Made by a program: the position numbers and the translations under genes. The notes beneath the pieces are model-generated. The model was not told the DNA's origin. It worked only from the letters and a program-made list of their open reading frames with translations, and did no database searches. From Bacteroidota bacterium (lineage in GTDB: Bacteria; Bacteroidota; Ignavibacteria; Palsa-1295), in NCBI GenBank assembly GCA_021324685.1, contig JAJPIQ010000085.1:5713-69712 (forward strand): a DNA stretch of 64,000 nt, read 5' to 3'. Of the stretch, positions 20,018 to 28,763 are shown in pieces. How positions within the stretch are numbered: position 1 is the first letter of the stretch; each line of letters opens with the position of its first letter.

Positions 20018-21277
20018 TTAATTTTGAAAACAAAAAGGTCCCATAAACTCGGATTGAATCTGAAGAAAGTACGGGCCGCGTGCAAGTCCTTCTATGTCCA
20101 ACGGACCAAGTGGATTAACTCTTCCCCTTCGAACGACTCTGCCGCAGATATCGAATATAGAATAATCCGCGGCCGCGAGAAGACCTTCAACAAAATATTT
20201 TCCATCCGATTGAACCGACATTCGCAATTTCGTCGCTGCGGCCGCATTGCTTCTCACGCTTTCATTTGCATGAACGATTATCGGCTGTCCTGCCCACCAT
20301 ACCTTTGAAATCAGGGGGATGCTCGAAAGAATATTGAAGATAGAATCGCGGGACTGATAATCGTTGAAAACGACCTCAAACGTTTTATAGTCCGAGCTTG
20401 TCGAGTCCCCATTAGCCGGGTAAACTTTTCTAAGCCAAAGTCCTCCAAAGGTAGAATCAAGATGCGCAAAGGCTGTGCGCGTAAGAGGGTACGCATCCTG
20501 AATATACTTCCAGGGGACTTCGAGGACCGTATCGGTCAGGATGGGTGGAAGCGTAATCGCTGCATACTGGAATTGAATATACCAGGAGCGCTTCGAATAG
20601 ACCGAGGTGAAACTATCGGAGTTCTGGCAGGTATCGATCATCGTACTATCCGGATTTAGGATCGTACTATCCATCAATTCCGGATCCTGATGCCTCATCA
20701 CATTTTCAGCAAGTTCAAGGCATGAGTCCCTGCCATTTCCCGATAGCGCCCCTGCAACAGGATACCCGAAGAAATATGCATTAGCGACGTTTGGAATCGA
20801 CTTTAAATAATTGACAAAAGAATCGACCGGCACGAAACGGCCCAGAGTTAATGTATAAATTTTAGATCCCAGCCAATTAGTGTCAAGGGTCATTAGCGTC
20901 AGTTTTATACGGATACCTCCATAAATCGAATCCATGAAACGAAATATAGTGCGTGTTTCCGCATAGGTCGTATCAATGGCATGCCATCCACCAGGAACGA
21001 TGCTGTCGGCTGGGAGGGAATCGAGTGGAATGACTGCGTACTGGAACTGAATAGCGTACGCCTGGTCGCAGTATATAGAATCGAACGTAACGGACTGCTC
21101 GCACGTATCGACCATGACGCTATCGGTATTTCCCCATCCAAGGTATTGGGGAGTTCGCTGCGCAAGTTGAAGGCACGCATCCACACTTTGCGCCGCAACT
21201 CGTTCCGCCGTCCAGGGTGCTGCCCCGGCCAGGAGCAGGACGACTGAAAACAAAATCGGTTTTCGCGTGCGATTCAT
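20018..21277 (-). CDS. T9SS-secreted hypothetical protein, paralog B (domain duplicated)
   Basis: Same signal-peptide type; NTDSVMVDTC and NPDSTMIDTC copies; C-terminal IFDICGR...GPYFLQ. Confidence 0.8.
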   Translation of the reverse strand: MNRTRKPILFSVVLLLAGAAPWTAERVAAQSVDACLQLAQRTPQYLGWGNTDSVMVDTCEQSVTFDSIYCDQAYAIQFQYAVIPLDSLPADSIVPGGWHAIDTTYAETRTIFRFMDSIYGGIRIKLTLMTLDTNWLGSKIYTLTLGRFVPVDSFVNYLKSIPNVANAYFFGYPVAGALSGNGRDSCLELAENVMRHQDPELMDSTILNPDSTMIDTCQNSDSFTSVYSKRSWYIQFQYAAITLPPILTDTVLEVPWKYIQDAYPLTRTAFAHLDSTFGGLWLRKVYPANGDSTSSDYKTFEVVFNDYQSRDSIFNILSSIPLISKVWWAGQPIIVHANESVRSNAAAATKLRMSVQSDGKYFVEGLLAAADYSIFDICGRVVRRGRVNPLGPLDIEGLARGPYFLQIQSEFMGPFCFQN

Positions 21278-21333
21278 GGAAAATACAATCTAAGCTTTGG
21301 TTCTGCGATTGGAGTGAAGTAATGGATATAGCT

Positions 21334-22149
21334 TTATTCTTCAATTACTACTTTAGAAACATACGGTCCATATCGAACAAAATAAAGGCCTGTCGAAATT
21401 GTTGAAAAATCGAGGGAACATTCATCGTTAGAACTCCATCTTGACGGTATCGTTGAAATGATTCGACCGACGGCATCGCAAGCCACAAATTTAGAATCAT
21501 TCCCTAACGATGGCACGCGCGCTGTCGCTATTCCGTGGGTGATATTGGGACAAATCATGAATTGCTTGACCGTTGCATCCAATCCTTCGCTTACTCCTGC
21601 TCCTCCCGGGATCAACGGCTTTGCAAATGTAAAAACAAGATTGGGTATTTCCAATAAATAATGATAAACAGAATCAGCGGGACTGAATGAGAAAAAATTG
21701 AATTCAAAGCCGAAGCCATCGGCGTCGGAAGTATCATCAGGCTCATCTTTTCGCATTACATAGGGCCCAATACTATCATAAATTTTTTGAAAAACCGTTC
21801 GAAATAATGGGTACGATGTGTCGATCTTTGTCCAGGGCGCCTCTAGAATCGTGTCCGGCGGCCCCCACGGTAAGCGGATTGGAACGATTAAATGGATTGC
21901 ACGGTGTATCCAAATAGGCGCGTCATCTACAACTGGTAAACACGTATCGAGCATCACGGAATCGGGGTTGTAAAGTGAATCGTCGTGGTAATAGTCGTTT
22001 CCATTATACAAAGCATGAAAATACAACTGGAGGCAGGTGGTGTCGATATTCCACCGATTCTGTGCCGAGGCACGCTGCGCTGTCCAGGGTGCAGCGACAC
22101 TGAGCAACATGGCAACTGCGAAGGAAATCGATCTAATTGTGCAGTTCAT
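21334..22149 (-). CDS. T9SS-secreted hypothetical protein, paralog C
   Basis: Start moved to ATG 22149 (MNCTIRS) by alignment to paralogs; NPDSVMLDTC; C-terminal CPN...DAVGR...GLYFVR. Confidence 0.8.
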   Translation of the reverse strand: MNCTIRSISFAVAMLLSVAAPWTAQRASAQNRWNIDTTCLQLYFHALYNGNDYYHDDSLYNPDSVMLDTCLPVVDDAPIWIHRAIHLIVPIRLPWGPPDTILEAPWTKIDTSYPLFRTVFQKIYDSIGPYVMRKDEPDDTSDADGFGFEFNFFSFSPADSVYHYLLEIPNLVFTFAKPLIPGGAGVSEGLDATVKQFMICPNITHGIATARVPSLGNDSKFVACDAVGRIISTIPSRWSSNDECSLDFSTISTGLYFVRYGPYVSKVVIEE

Positions 22150-22306
22150 CGGATTTTGAGCTAAATTTTCTTTTGAGCTAAATTTAAGACACTCGGTCAC
22201 ATCTCGAACCGTGGGATGTCGGGCCGTGGAGATAGTAACCCTTTAGAACGAAAATCGTTACACGCGATTTTTTGAAATGTTTGGAAAAACAGGTTGCTCG
22301 AGCGTC

Positions 22307-23710
22307 CTACACCGTTTCCATCTTCACTCGCTTAGCGGCTTCTTTTCGTTCTATTCTTTTGGCTTCTTCGTCCTCGACTTTCATCACGGTAAACGAAAGG
22401 CCGGCCTGCGACAGGCGATAGCTATGGTGCAGGCCGAAGGTGCGGGCACTCGTAATAATGCTCGCGCCGAATTTATCGCGAATGTTTCCCAGCGTGCGCG
22501 AAAGGATCTCCTTCCGGACGTCATCGCTGACGAAGAGTTCCTCCTGCTCCCGCACGGGCTCGAAATCGAAGAGCCGCACGCCGAGAAAATCGATCTTTGG
22601 GTTCGGGTGCTCGCGCCAGATATCCTGTACCATTTCGGAGACACGCGGCAGGACGATCTGCTCGGACTGGATCCCCTCTTTTAAATGCACGACGCGGGTG
22701 GCATAACCGTCCTGCGACAGTCGTACGCCAAACGATCCTCCATCGGGATAGGCGCGGCCGTTCGAAGCGAAACGGACAAAAACAGAAACGCCGCGGGTAC
22801 GCTGGTGCGCCGCGCGCAAGCGCCAGAGGCAGCGCTCGGCGATATAGAGCAGGATCGATTCGACGTAGTCCTTGTCGGAGGTTGTCTTCTGGAGCGTGCT
22901 CTGGTGGGAGATCGACTTTGCCGCGCCGCGCTTCTGGAGCGGACGTTCGTCGATGCCGCGAACGAGGTTCCATAAGAAATTCCCATGGACATTCCCGAAT
23001 AAGGTAAGGAGCACGCCGTGGCCGATCTTACAAAGATCGCCACAGGTCACAACGCCGAGTTCGCTGAGCTTTCGGTGGGTCGCGTGGCCCACGCCGGGAA
23101 CGGCTTCGATGGGCAAGGGATCGATCCAGTCGATCTCATATCCGAACGGGACGACGGTAATACCGTGCGGCTTTTTAAAATCGCTCGCCATTTTTGCGAG
23201 CGCCTTGCCGGACGAGATTCCGATCGAAGCGCCGAGATCGAGTTCGTCGTCGATCGTTTTTTGAATGGCCCTGGCAACCTCCAGCGCAACGCTCGCGCGG
23301 TCGTCCGCTTCGGGCCATCGGTGCTGCACGCGCGTGAGTTCGAAAAAGGCTTCGTCCAGGCTCAGCGGTTCGACGTCGGGCGTGAAACGATAGATGATCC
23401 TGAGGATCTGCTCGGAGGCCTCCTGATAGCGGTCGTAATTGGCCCGCACGACGACCGCGCCCGGGAAATCGCGCAGGGCGACCGACGTCGCCATGCCGGT
23501 CTTGATCCCCATGCGCCGCGCCACATAATTGCAGGAGGCGACGGCTCCGCGCCCCACGGGGCCGGCCGCCACGAGGACCGGTTTGCCGCGAAGGCTCGGG
23601 TCGTGCTTTTCTTCGACCGACGCGAAGAACGCGTCCATATCCAAATGACAGACAATGCGCTGCATGAGATTGCCGGCAGGCGGTCGATCATGGTCTCTAC
23701 GGTTGCCCAT
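22307..23710 (-). CDS. dinB: DNA polymerase IV (Y family)
   Basis: HLDMDAFFASVE, NYVAR, SLDEAF, KPHG, VPGVG; start may be ATG 23665. Confidence 0.94.
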   Translation of the reverse strand: MGNRRDHDRPPAGNLMQRIVCHLDMDAFFASVEEKHDPSLRGKPVLVAAGPVGRGAVASCNYVARRMGIKTGMATSVALRDFPGAVVVRANYDRYQEASEQILRIIYRFTPDVEPLSLDEAFFELTRVQHRWPEADDRASVALEVARAIQKTIDDELDLGASIGISSGKALAKMASDFKKPHGITVVPFGYEIDWIDPLPIEAVPGVGHATHRKLSELGVVTCGDLCKIGHGVLLTLFGNVHGNFLWNLVRGIDERPLQKRGAAKSISHQSTLQKTTSDKDYVESILLYIAERCLWRLRAAHQRTRGVSVFVRFASNGRAYPDGGSFGVRLSQDGYATRVVHLKEGIQSEQIVLPRVSEMVQDIWREHPNPKIDFLGVRLFDFEPVREQEELFVSDDVRKEILSRTLGNIRDKFGASIITSARTFGLHHSYRLSQAGLSFTVMKVEDEEAKRIERKEAAKRVKMETV

Positions 23711-23797
23711 AGGTGCCTATATCGGCCAGGTGCCCATAATTGATCACACAATATAGCACCATTTCCGTTCCAGTTATCGTTTTCTCTCTTTCCAGCG

Positions 23798-24559
23798 ATG
23801 ACTTTCAACCGGATTCGTGATAATATCGGAGATATTCCGCTCATGAGCGCGGAGGACGGAAAGATCCTCTATGAATTTATTCTGGCGACGCGCCGCAGGC
23901 GGATTCTCGAACTGGGATTTGCGCACGGCACCTCGACCTGCTACATGGCGGCGGCGCTCGAGGAACAAGGCGACGGCAGCATTGTCACCGTCGATAACAC
24001 GTCGGCGCGCGAACGCGAACCGAATATTTTTTCGCTCCTGGAACGGACCGGACTGAGCCCTTTTGTGACGCCGCTTTTCTCCGAACCCTCCTACACGTGG
24101 GAGCTGAAAAATATGATCGAGCGCCAAACGAGTGGCAACGTAACGGTCCCCTGCTTCGACTTCTGCTTTATCGACGGAGCCCATGCCTGGGAGCCGGACG
24201 GACTCGCGTTCTTTCTCGTCGAGAAATTGCTGGTGCCCGGCGGATGGGTACTCTTCGACGATCTCGACTGGACGTACGACCGCTCGAGCATTCGAAATGA
24301 CGATTGGGTGAAGGCGATGCCGGACGATTACAAGGCCACTCCTCAGATTGATCGCGTTTTTTCCCTGCTCGTTCTGCAACACCCCTCCTTCGAGCATTTT
24401 CGCCGCGAGGGCCGCTGGGGCTGGGCACAAAAGAAGAGCGACCTTCCGGGCCATTCGGACGCCCAGCTCGACTCGATCTATCTCGACCAAAGTATTTCGG
24501 GCGATAGCAAACGGCTCCTGAAAAAAATAGCGAAGCGGCTCCTGCGTAGAAGCGCCTGA
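23798..24559 (+). CDS. Class I SAM-dependent methyltransferase (Methyltransf_24-like)
   Basis: ILELGFAHGTS, FDFCFIDGAH, LVPGGWVLFDD. Confidence 0.9.
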   Translation: MTFNRIRDNIGDIPLMSAEDGKILYEFILATRRRRILELGFAHGTSTCYMAAALEEQGDGSIVTVDNTSAREREPNIFSLLERTGLSPFVTPLFSEPSYTWELKNMIERQTSGNVTVPCFDFCFIDGAHAWEPDGLAFFLVEKLLVPGGWVLFDDLDWTYDRSSIRNDDWVKAMPDDYKATPQIDRVFSLLVLQHPSFEHFRREGRWGWAQKKSDLPGHSDAQLDSIYLDQSISGDSKRLLKKIAKRLLRRSA

Positions 24560-24597
24560 GCGCACCCTTCTGTCGGCATTCGGCGTTTTGATCTCTT

Positions 24598-25515
24598 ATG
24601 AAATTTGGTCATCTGAACGACGTTCGGGGCATCGACTTTACCTTGCCCGAAGATCACCCGATCGTTGAAAACGTACTTTCGGGTACGGCCTCGAAACATC
24701 CAACGGTTTATTCCGGTCTTGCGGAATGGGGTAACGAAGGGTTCCCGGGCAAGATCTATCCGCTGAAGACGAAGTCGAAAGACTTTTTGAAACTCTACGG
24801 GCAGCTATTTCGATGTGTCGAACTTAACGCGACGGGCTATCGCGTGCCGACCGTAAAGACGGTCGAGGGCTGGGTCGCGGCGGTCCCAAAAGATTTTGTG
24901 TTCTGCCCCAAGGTCTCGCAGCCGATCAGTATCACCAGCCCGCTTGGAAAAAATGAAGCAGCATTAAAAGATTTCCAGGAAGCGATGGACGCGTTCGGCG
25001 ATCGTATGGGAACGGTCTTCCTGCAACTGCGGCCGAACTTCGCTCCGAAGCGGATGGACGACCTGCTGCAATTCATCGATCGATGGAATGCCGGTCGTCC
25101 CAACGGTCGGCGCCTTCCGCTCCACGTGGAACTGCGGCACAAAGGATGGTTCACCGATCCGGAACTGCTCGACAAACTCCTCCGTGAACTAAAGGAGCGA
25201 AAGACGGGCCTCGTCCTTACCGACACGCCCGGCGAGCGCGAGATCGTCCACATGGCGCTCACGATCCCGGAAGTATTTATTCGGTTCGAGGGAAACGAAC
25301 TCGATCCCTCGGACTTCATACGGCTCGACGCGTGGGCAAAGCGGTTAACGGCGTGGTTCGAACGCGGGCTGAAGACCGCCTATTTCTTCCATCACACGAC
25401 CACCAAGGCGCTCACGCCGGAGATGTCGAACTACTTTATCGGAAAGATGAACATGCTGATGGGACTCGGCCTCAAAGCGGCGACCATCCTCGAGGAACCG
25501 AGGCTGGAACTATAG
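24598..25515 (+). CDS. DUF72 family TIM-barrel protein
   Basis: MKFG start, VELNATGY, FCPK, FLQL, VELRH. Confidence 0.9.
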   Translation: MKFGHLNDVRGIDFTLPEDHPIVENVLSGTASKHPTVYSGLAEWGNEGFPGKIYPLKTKSKDFLKLYGQLFRCVELNATGYRVPTVKTVEGWVAAVPKDFVFCPKVSQPISITSPLGKNEAALKDFQEAMDAFGDRMGTVFLQLRPNFAPKRMDDLLQFIDRWNAGRPNGRRLPLHVELRHKGWFTDPELLDKLLRELKERKTGLVLTDTPGEREIVHMALTIPEVFIRFEGNELDPSDFIRLDAWAKRLTAWFERGLKTAYFFHHTTTKALTPEMSNYFIGKMNMLMGLGLKAATILEEPRLEL

Positions 25516-26886
25516 CGGCACGCTCGAACCCTCGGGGACCGGCGGCCGGATCTTTGAAAAGCCTCCGTGGAGATTCAGGACGTCTTCAAATCCCTTTTTT
25601 CGGAGCAGGCTCGCGGCGATCATCGAACGGTATCCTCCGGCACAATGAATGAGGTACGGCTCGCGCGGATCGAGCTCGCCCAGGCGCGCTTCGAGTTCGG
25701 CCAGCGGGATGTGCTGTGCGCCATCGACATGGGCCGTCTCGAATTCACCCAATTTTCGAACGTCAAGCACGGTCCTCGTGCTTGCGCTGTCGTGAAATGC
25801 TTCGGGTTCGACGGAAGAAATTCGTTCCACCGGTCGTCCGCCTGCCTGCCAGGTATCGAAGCCTCCGTTTAAGAACCCTACAACCTGTTCATAGCCAACG
25901 CGCGCGAGCCGGCGAATGGCTTCTTCTTCACGCCCGGGCGGAGCGACGATCGCGAGCGGTGACCGGCTATCGATCAACGTTCCAACCCACAAAGCATACT
26001 GGCCGTCCAGCCCGATATTGATCGAGCCGGGAATAAATCCCAATTCGAACTCCTCCGGACCACGAACATCGAGCACGAGGGCGCCCTTCGAGCGTGCGCC
26101 CTCGAACGCTTCGAGGTCCAGGGCATGAACGTTCCTGGCGAGCACTTCCTCGAGCGGCGTATAACCCTTTTTATTGATCGTCGCATCGAAAAAGTAGTAT
26201 GCCGGCGGAGCCGTCAGCCCCTCCGTGACCGCATGGATGAACGCCTCGCGGGACATCTCGCGGAGCGCGTAATTCCGTCGCTTCTGCTCGCCGAGCGTGG
26301 ACCATGTTTCCTTACCGATATTCTTGCCGCACGAAGAGCCGGGGCCATGCCCGGGATACAGCACGATATCGTCGGCCAGCGGTAGGATCTTATTTCGGAG
26401 CGAGTCGTACATGCGAGAGGCGAGCGACTCCTTCGTCACGCGGCCGTCGAGGAGATCCGGACGCCCGACGTCGCCGACAAAGAGCGTATCGCCGGTGAAG
26501 ATCGCCGATGGCCTGCCGGTTTCGTCCGATAGCAAATAGCAGGTCGATTCCGGCGTGTGTCCGGGGGTATGCAGCGTTTCGATCGCGAGGTCGCCGAGCT
26601 GGAACCGTTCCCCGTCCCGCGCGGCATGGACATCGTAGGCGGTCGTCGCTTCCGGCCCGAACACGATCGTGGCCCCGGTCGCCCGGGCAAGATCGAGATG
26701 GCCGGAGACAAAATCGGCATGAACGTGCGTTTCGAAGATATATCGAATTCGCGCTCCGCGCCGCGCCGCAAGCTCCACGTACGGTTCCCACTCGCGAATG
26801 GGATCGACAATGGCGGCTTCGCCATTCGACTCGATATAATAGGCGGCCTGCGCGAGGCAGTTGGTATAAAGTTGCTCGATATACAT
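25510..26886 (-). CDS. MBL-fold hydrolase with two rhodanese domains (persulfide dioxygenase-sulfurtransferase type)
   Basis: ETHVHADFVSG, TPGHTPE, GDVGRPDL, HCAGGYRS. Confidence 0.93.
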   Translation of the reverse strand: MYIEQLYTNCLAQAAYYIESNGEAAIVDPIREWEPYVELAARRGARIRYIFETHVHADFVSGHLDLARATGATIVFGPEATTAYDVHAARDGERFQLGDLAIETLHTPGHTPESTCYLLSDETGRPSAIFTGDTLFVGDVGRPDLLDGRVTKESLASRMYDSLRNKILPLADDIVLYPGHGPGSSCGKNIGKETWSTLGEQKRRNYALREMSREAFIHAVTEGLTAPPAYYFFDATINKKGYTPLEEVLARNVHALDLEAFEGARSKGALVLDVRGPEEFELGFIPGSINIGLDGQYALWVGTLIDSRSPLAIVAPPGREEEAIRRLARVGYEQVVGFLNGGFDTWQAGGRPVERISSVEPEAFHDSASTRTVLDVRKLGEFETAHVDGAQHIPLAELEARLGELDPREPYLIHCAGGYRSMIAASLLRKKGFEDVLNLHGGFSKIRPPVPEGSSVPL

Positions 26887-26960
26887 GGAACCAGCGATCG
26901 TAGAACGAACCTTAGGAATGCTCGATCTTCACACATAATTCCGTTGCGACGCCGACCCCG

Positions 26961-27515
26961 ATGATCTCCGAACTTCATGCCGCCCGCGCCCGAATGCTGG
27001 CGGGTAACGCCCAGGACGCGCTCGAACAGCTCGCTCGATTCGAAGGCGAGTTTGCCTCGCTCGCGCTGGTGCGGGGCGAATGCCAGTACGTGCTCGGCCA
27101 TTGGCGGGAGGCCGTCCGAGAGTTCGAACGCACGCTTCGGCTCGCACCGAATTCCCCGCGTGCCGCGATCCTGCTCGAACTCGCCGGCGAGATGCTGGAA
27201 CTTTCTAACCTGATGCGCCCCGCCGCATCCCCGGAAACCTTACTTCCGGCAACGTTACTTCCTCCAACGCAGCTTCCGGCAAGCGAACCTGCGCCGCCCT
27301 TACGACTGAACAATTCCATCGAACAAACGGAAGCGGCTCCAGCCGAACCGCTGGACGAAATCGGCCTCGTGAGCGAAACGCTCGCCGAACTCATGACACG
27401 GCAGGGAAAAATAGAGGAAGCTCGCAAAGTCTATATTCAACTCTCGCGGCTCAATCCCGACCGCTACGACTATTTCAAGGAACGAATCGAAGCGTTACGT
27501 CCGAGATCGGTATGA
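26961..27515 (+). CDS. Tetratricopeptide-repeat protein
   Basis: TPR-like helices at both ends; VSETLAEL..QGK..EA..VY motif; Pro-rich linker. Confidence 0.8.
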   Translation: MISELHAARARMLAGNAQDALEQLARFEGEFASLALVRGECQYVLGHWREAVREFERTLRLAPNSPRAAILLELAGEMLELSNLMRPAASPETLLPATLLPPTQLPASEPAPPLRLNNSIEQTEAAPAEPLDEIGLVSETLAELMTRQGKIEEARKVYIQLSRLNPDRYDYFKERIEALRPRSV

Positions 27516-27823
27516 ATTTTACACAGCGATATGACACCACGGTCCGGGACCTCGAGCAAAAGCTCGCCTCCCTGATCGATACCGGTCAGGAACTCGATTT
27601 CACCCGGTCCGGCGACGTGCTTTCGATCGAATTCGATGACGGCAAAAAGATCGTCATTACGCCGCAGTCCCCGCTCGAGCAGCTATGGATCTCGGCAAAC
27701 TACGCCGGCCACCGCTTCGACTGGAAGTCGGAAGCGTGGCGAAATGAAAAGACCGGCGAAACGCTCGAAGAATTTCTCGAACGGGCGTTATCGGAGCAAT
27801 TAGGAATTCCTGTCGCCTTATGA
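27512..27823 (+). CDS. cyaY: Frataxin-family iron donor protein
   Basis: GDVLSIEF, VITPQSPLEQLWIS, GHRFDW match the frataxin signature. Confidence 0.85.
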   Translation: MNFTQRYDTTVRDLEQKLASLIDTGQELDFTRSGDVLSIEFDDGKKIVITPQSPLEQLWISANYAGHRFDWKSEAWRNEKTGETLEEFLERALSEQLGIPVAL

Positions 27824-28749
27824 TCGCGCCCGATCTTCGGCGTGCTTTTCTTGACTACGAATTAAAACGCGCTCCGAGCTATGCGATCGATACGCTCGGC
27901 ACAGACGCCGTCCTCGAAAACCTGAGCAGGAAGCTGGACCGGGCAACGATCGCTCAGATGGAAGACTATGCAGCCGTTCAAAAGTACGCGGAACTTTGTC
28001 CGGTCGCCGGTGCGGACCCCGTAGATTATTTTAACAAAATTATCGAGTTAGACGGCGATCGCGCCATTTGCCTCGTCCCCTCGTTCGAGAATTTGGACGT
28101 CGAGCGCCCCTTTGTCCTGGTCAATTTCAGCACGTTCGATGTCGTGGACCGCCTGGAGGAGATCTGGGAACGCGCGGCGTTCGAATACCGGACGTTTCGG
28201 CCGGTCCGCTTGAGTTTTAATGGACCGCCCGGACTTCCCGATTTCGATGCGGACATTCATACCTACGCCTCGACGTTTGGCGAACTTCGAGCGCGACCGT
28301 ATCCATCCGGTTACGATCGCATCGCGCTCGGAGCCGAAACGAATTTGGATTTCTACGATCGATATGCCGAACTTTATCTGCGCCTAAAGGAGAAAAGTCC
28401 GGGCCATCCCTCGTTCCAGGAATCGCGCGAATCGCTTACGCGAGTGATGAACGACCAGGGGCTGTTTTCGATCTTCGTCGATGGGAACTGGGCGGGGATC
28501 TTCGGGGCACGGAACGAATACGAACGTTACCTTCACGGCTTTTGCGTGATCGAAGAAATTCTCGCCGAAGAATATCGCGGACAGCATTTAGGGGCGGCGT
28601 TGCAGCGGCGGGCCATCGAAGCTATTCCGGCGGACGACCGTACCGTGCTCTTTGGCACGATCGACGGGAAGAATATTGCTTCCCAACGGACCGCCGAGCG
28701 GGTCGGAAGAAGACCGATCTATACCGCCTACTGGTATCCGCGCGTGTGA
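27820..28749 (+). CDS. Hypothetical protein with C-terminal GNAT-like domain
   Basis: YRGQHLG acetyl-CoA loop and NIASQRTAERVG. Confidence 0.7.
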   Translation: MIAPDLRRAFLDYELKRAPSYAIDTLGTDAVLENLSRKLDRATIAQMEDYAAVQKYAELCPVAGADPVDYFNKIIELDGDRAICLVPSFENLDVERPFVLVNFSTFDVVDRLEEIWERAAFEYRTFRPVRLSFNGPPGLPDFDADIHTYASTFGELRARPYPSGYDRIALGAETNLDFYDRYAELYLRLKEKSPGHPSFQESRESLTRVMNDQGLFSIFVDGNWAGIFGARNEYERYLHGFCVIEEILAEEYRGQHLGAALQRRAIEAIPADDRTVLFGTIDGKNIASQRTAERVGRRPIYTAYWYPRV

Positions 28750-28763
28750 GCGCGCGGATTCTT

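Noticed and set aside
19770-22095. Near-identical segments of paralogs A and C as a diversity-generating retroelement TR/VR pair
   Set aside because: Mismatches are not adenine-specific, both copies are N-terminal coding regions, and no reverse transcriptase is present
16321-22308. Integron cassette array
   Set aside because: No integrase and no GTTRRRY/RYYYAAC-bounded attC sites seen; the repeats are GTAG-type
22307-25515. dinB plus DUF72 as a targeted mutagenesis system for the adjacent paralog array
   Set aside because: Only adjacency; dinB has core-genome composition and no imuA/dnaE2, lexA or SOS box was recognised
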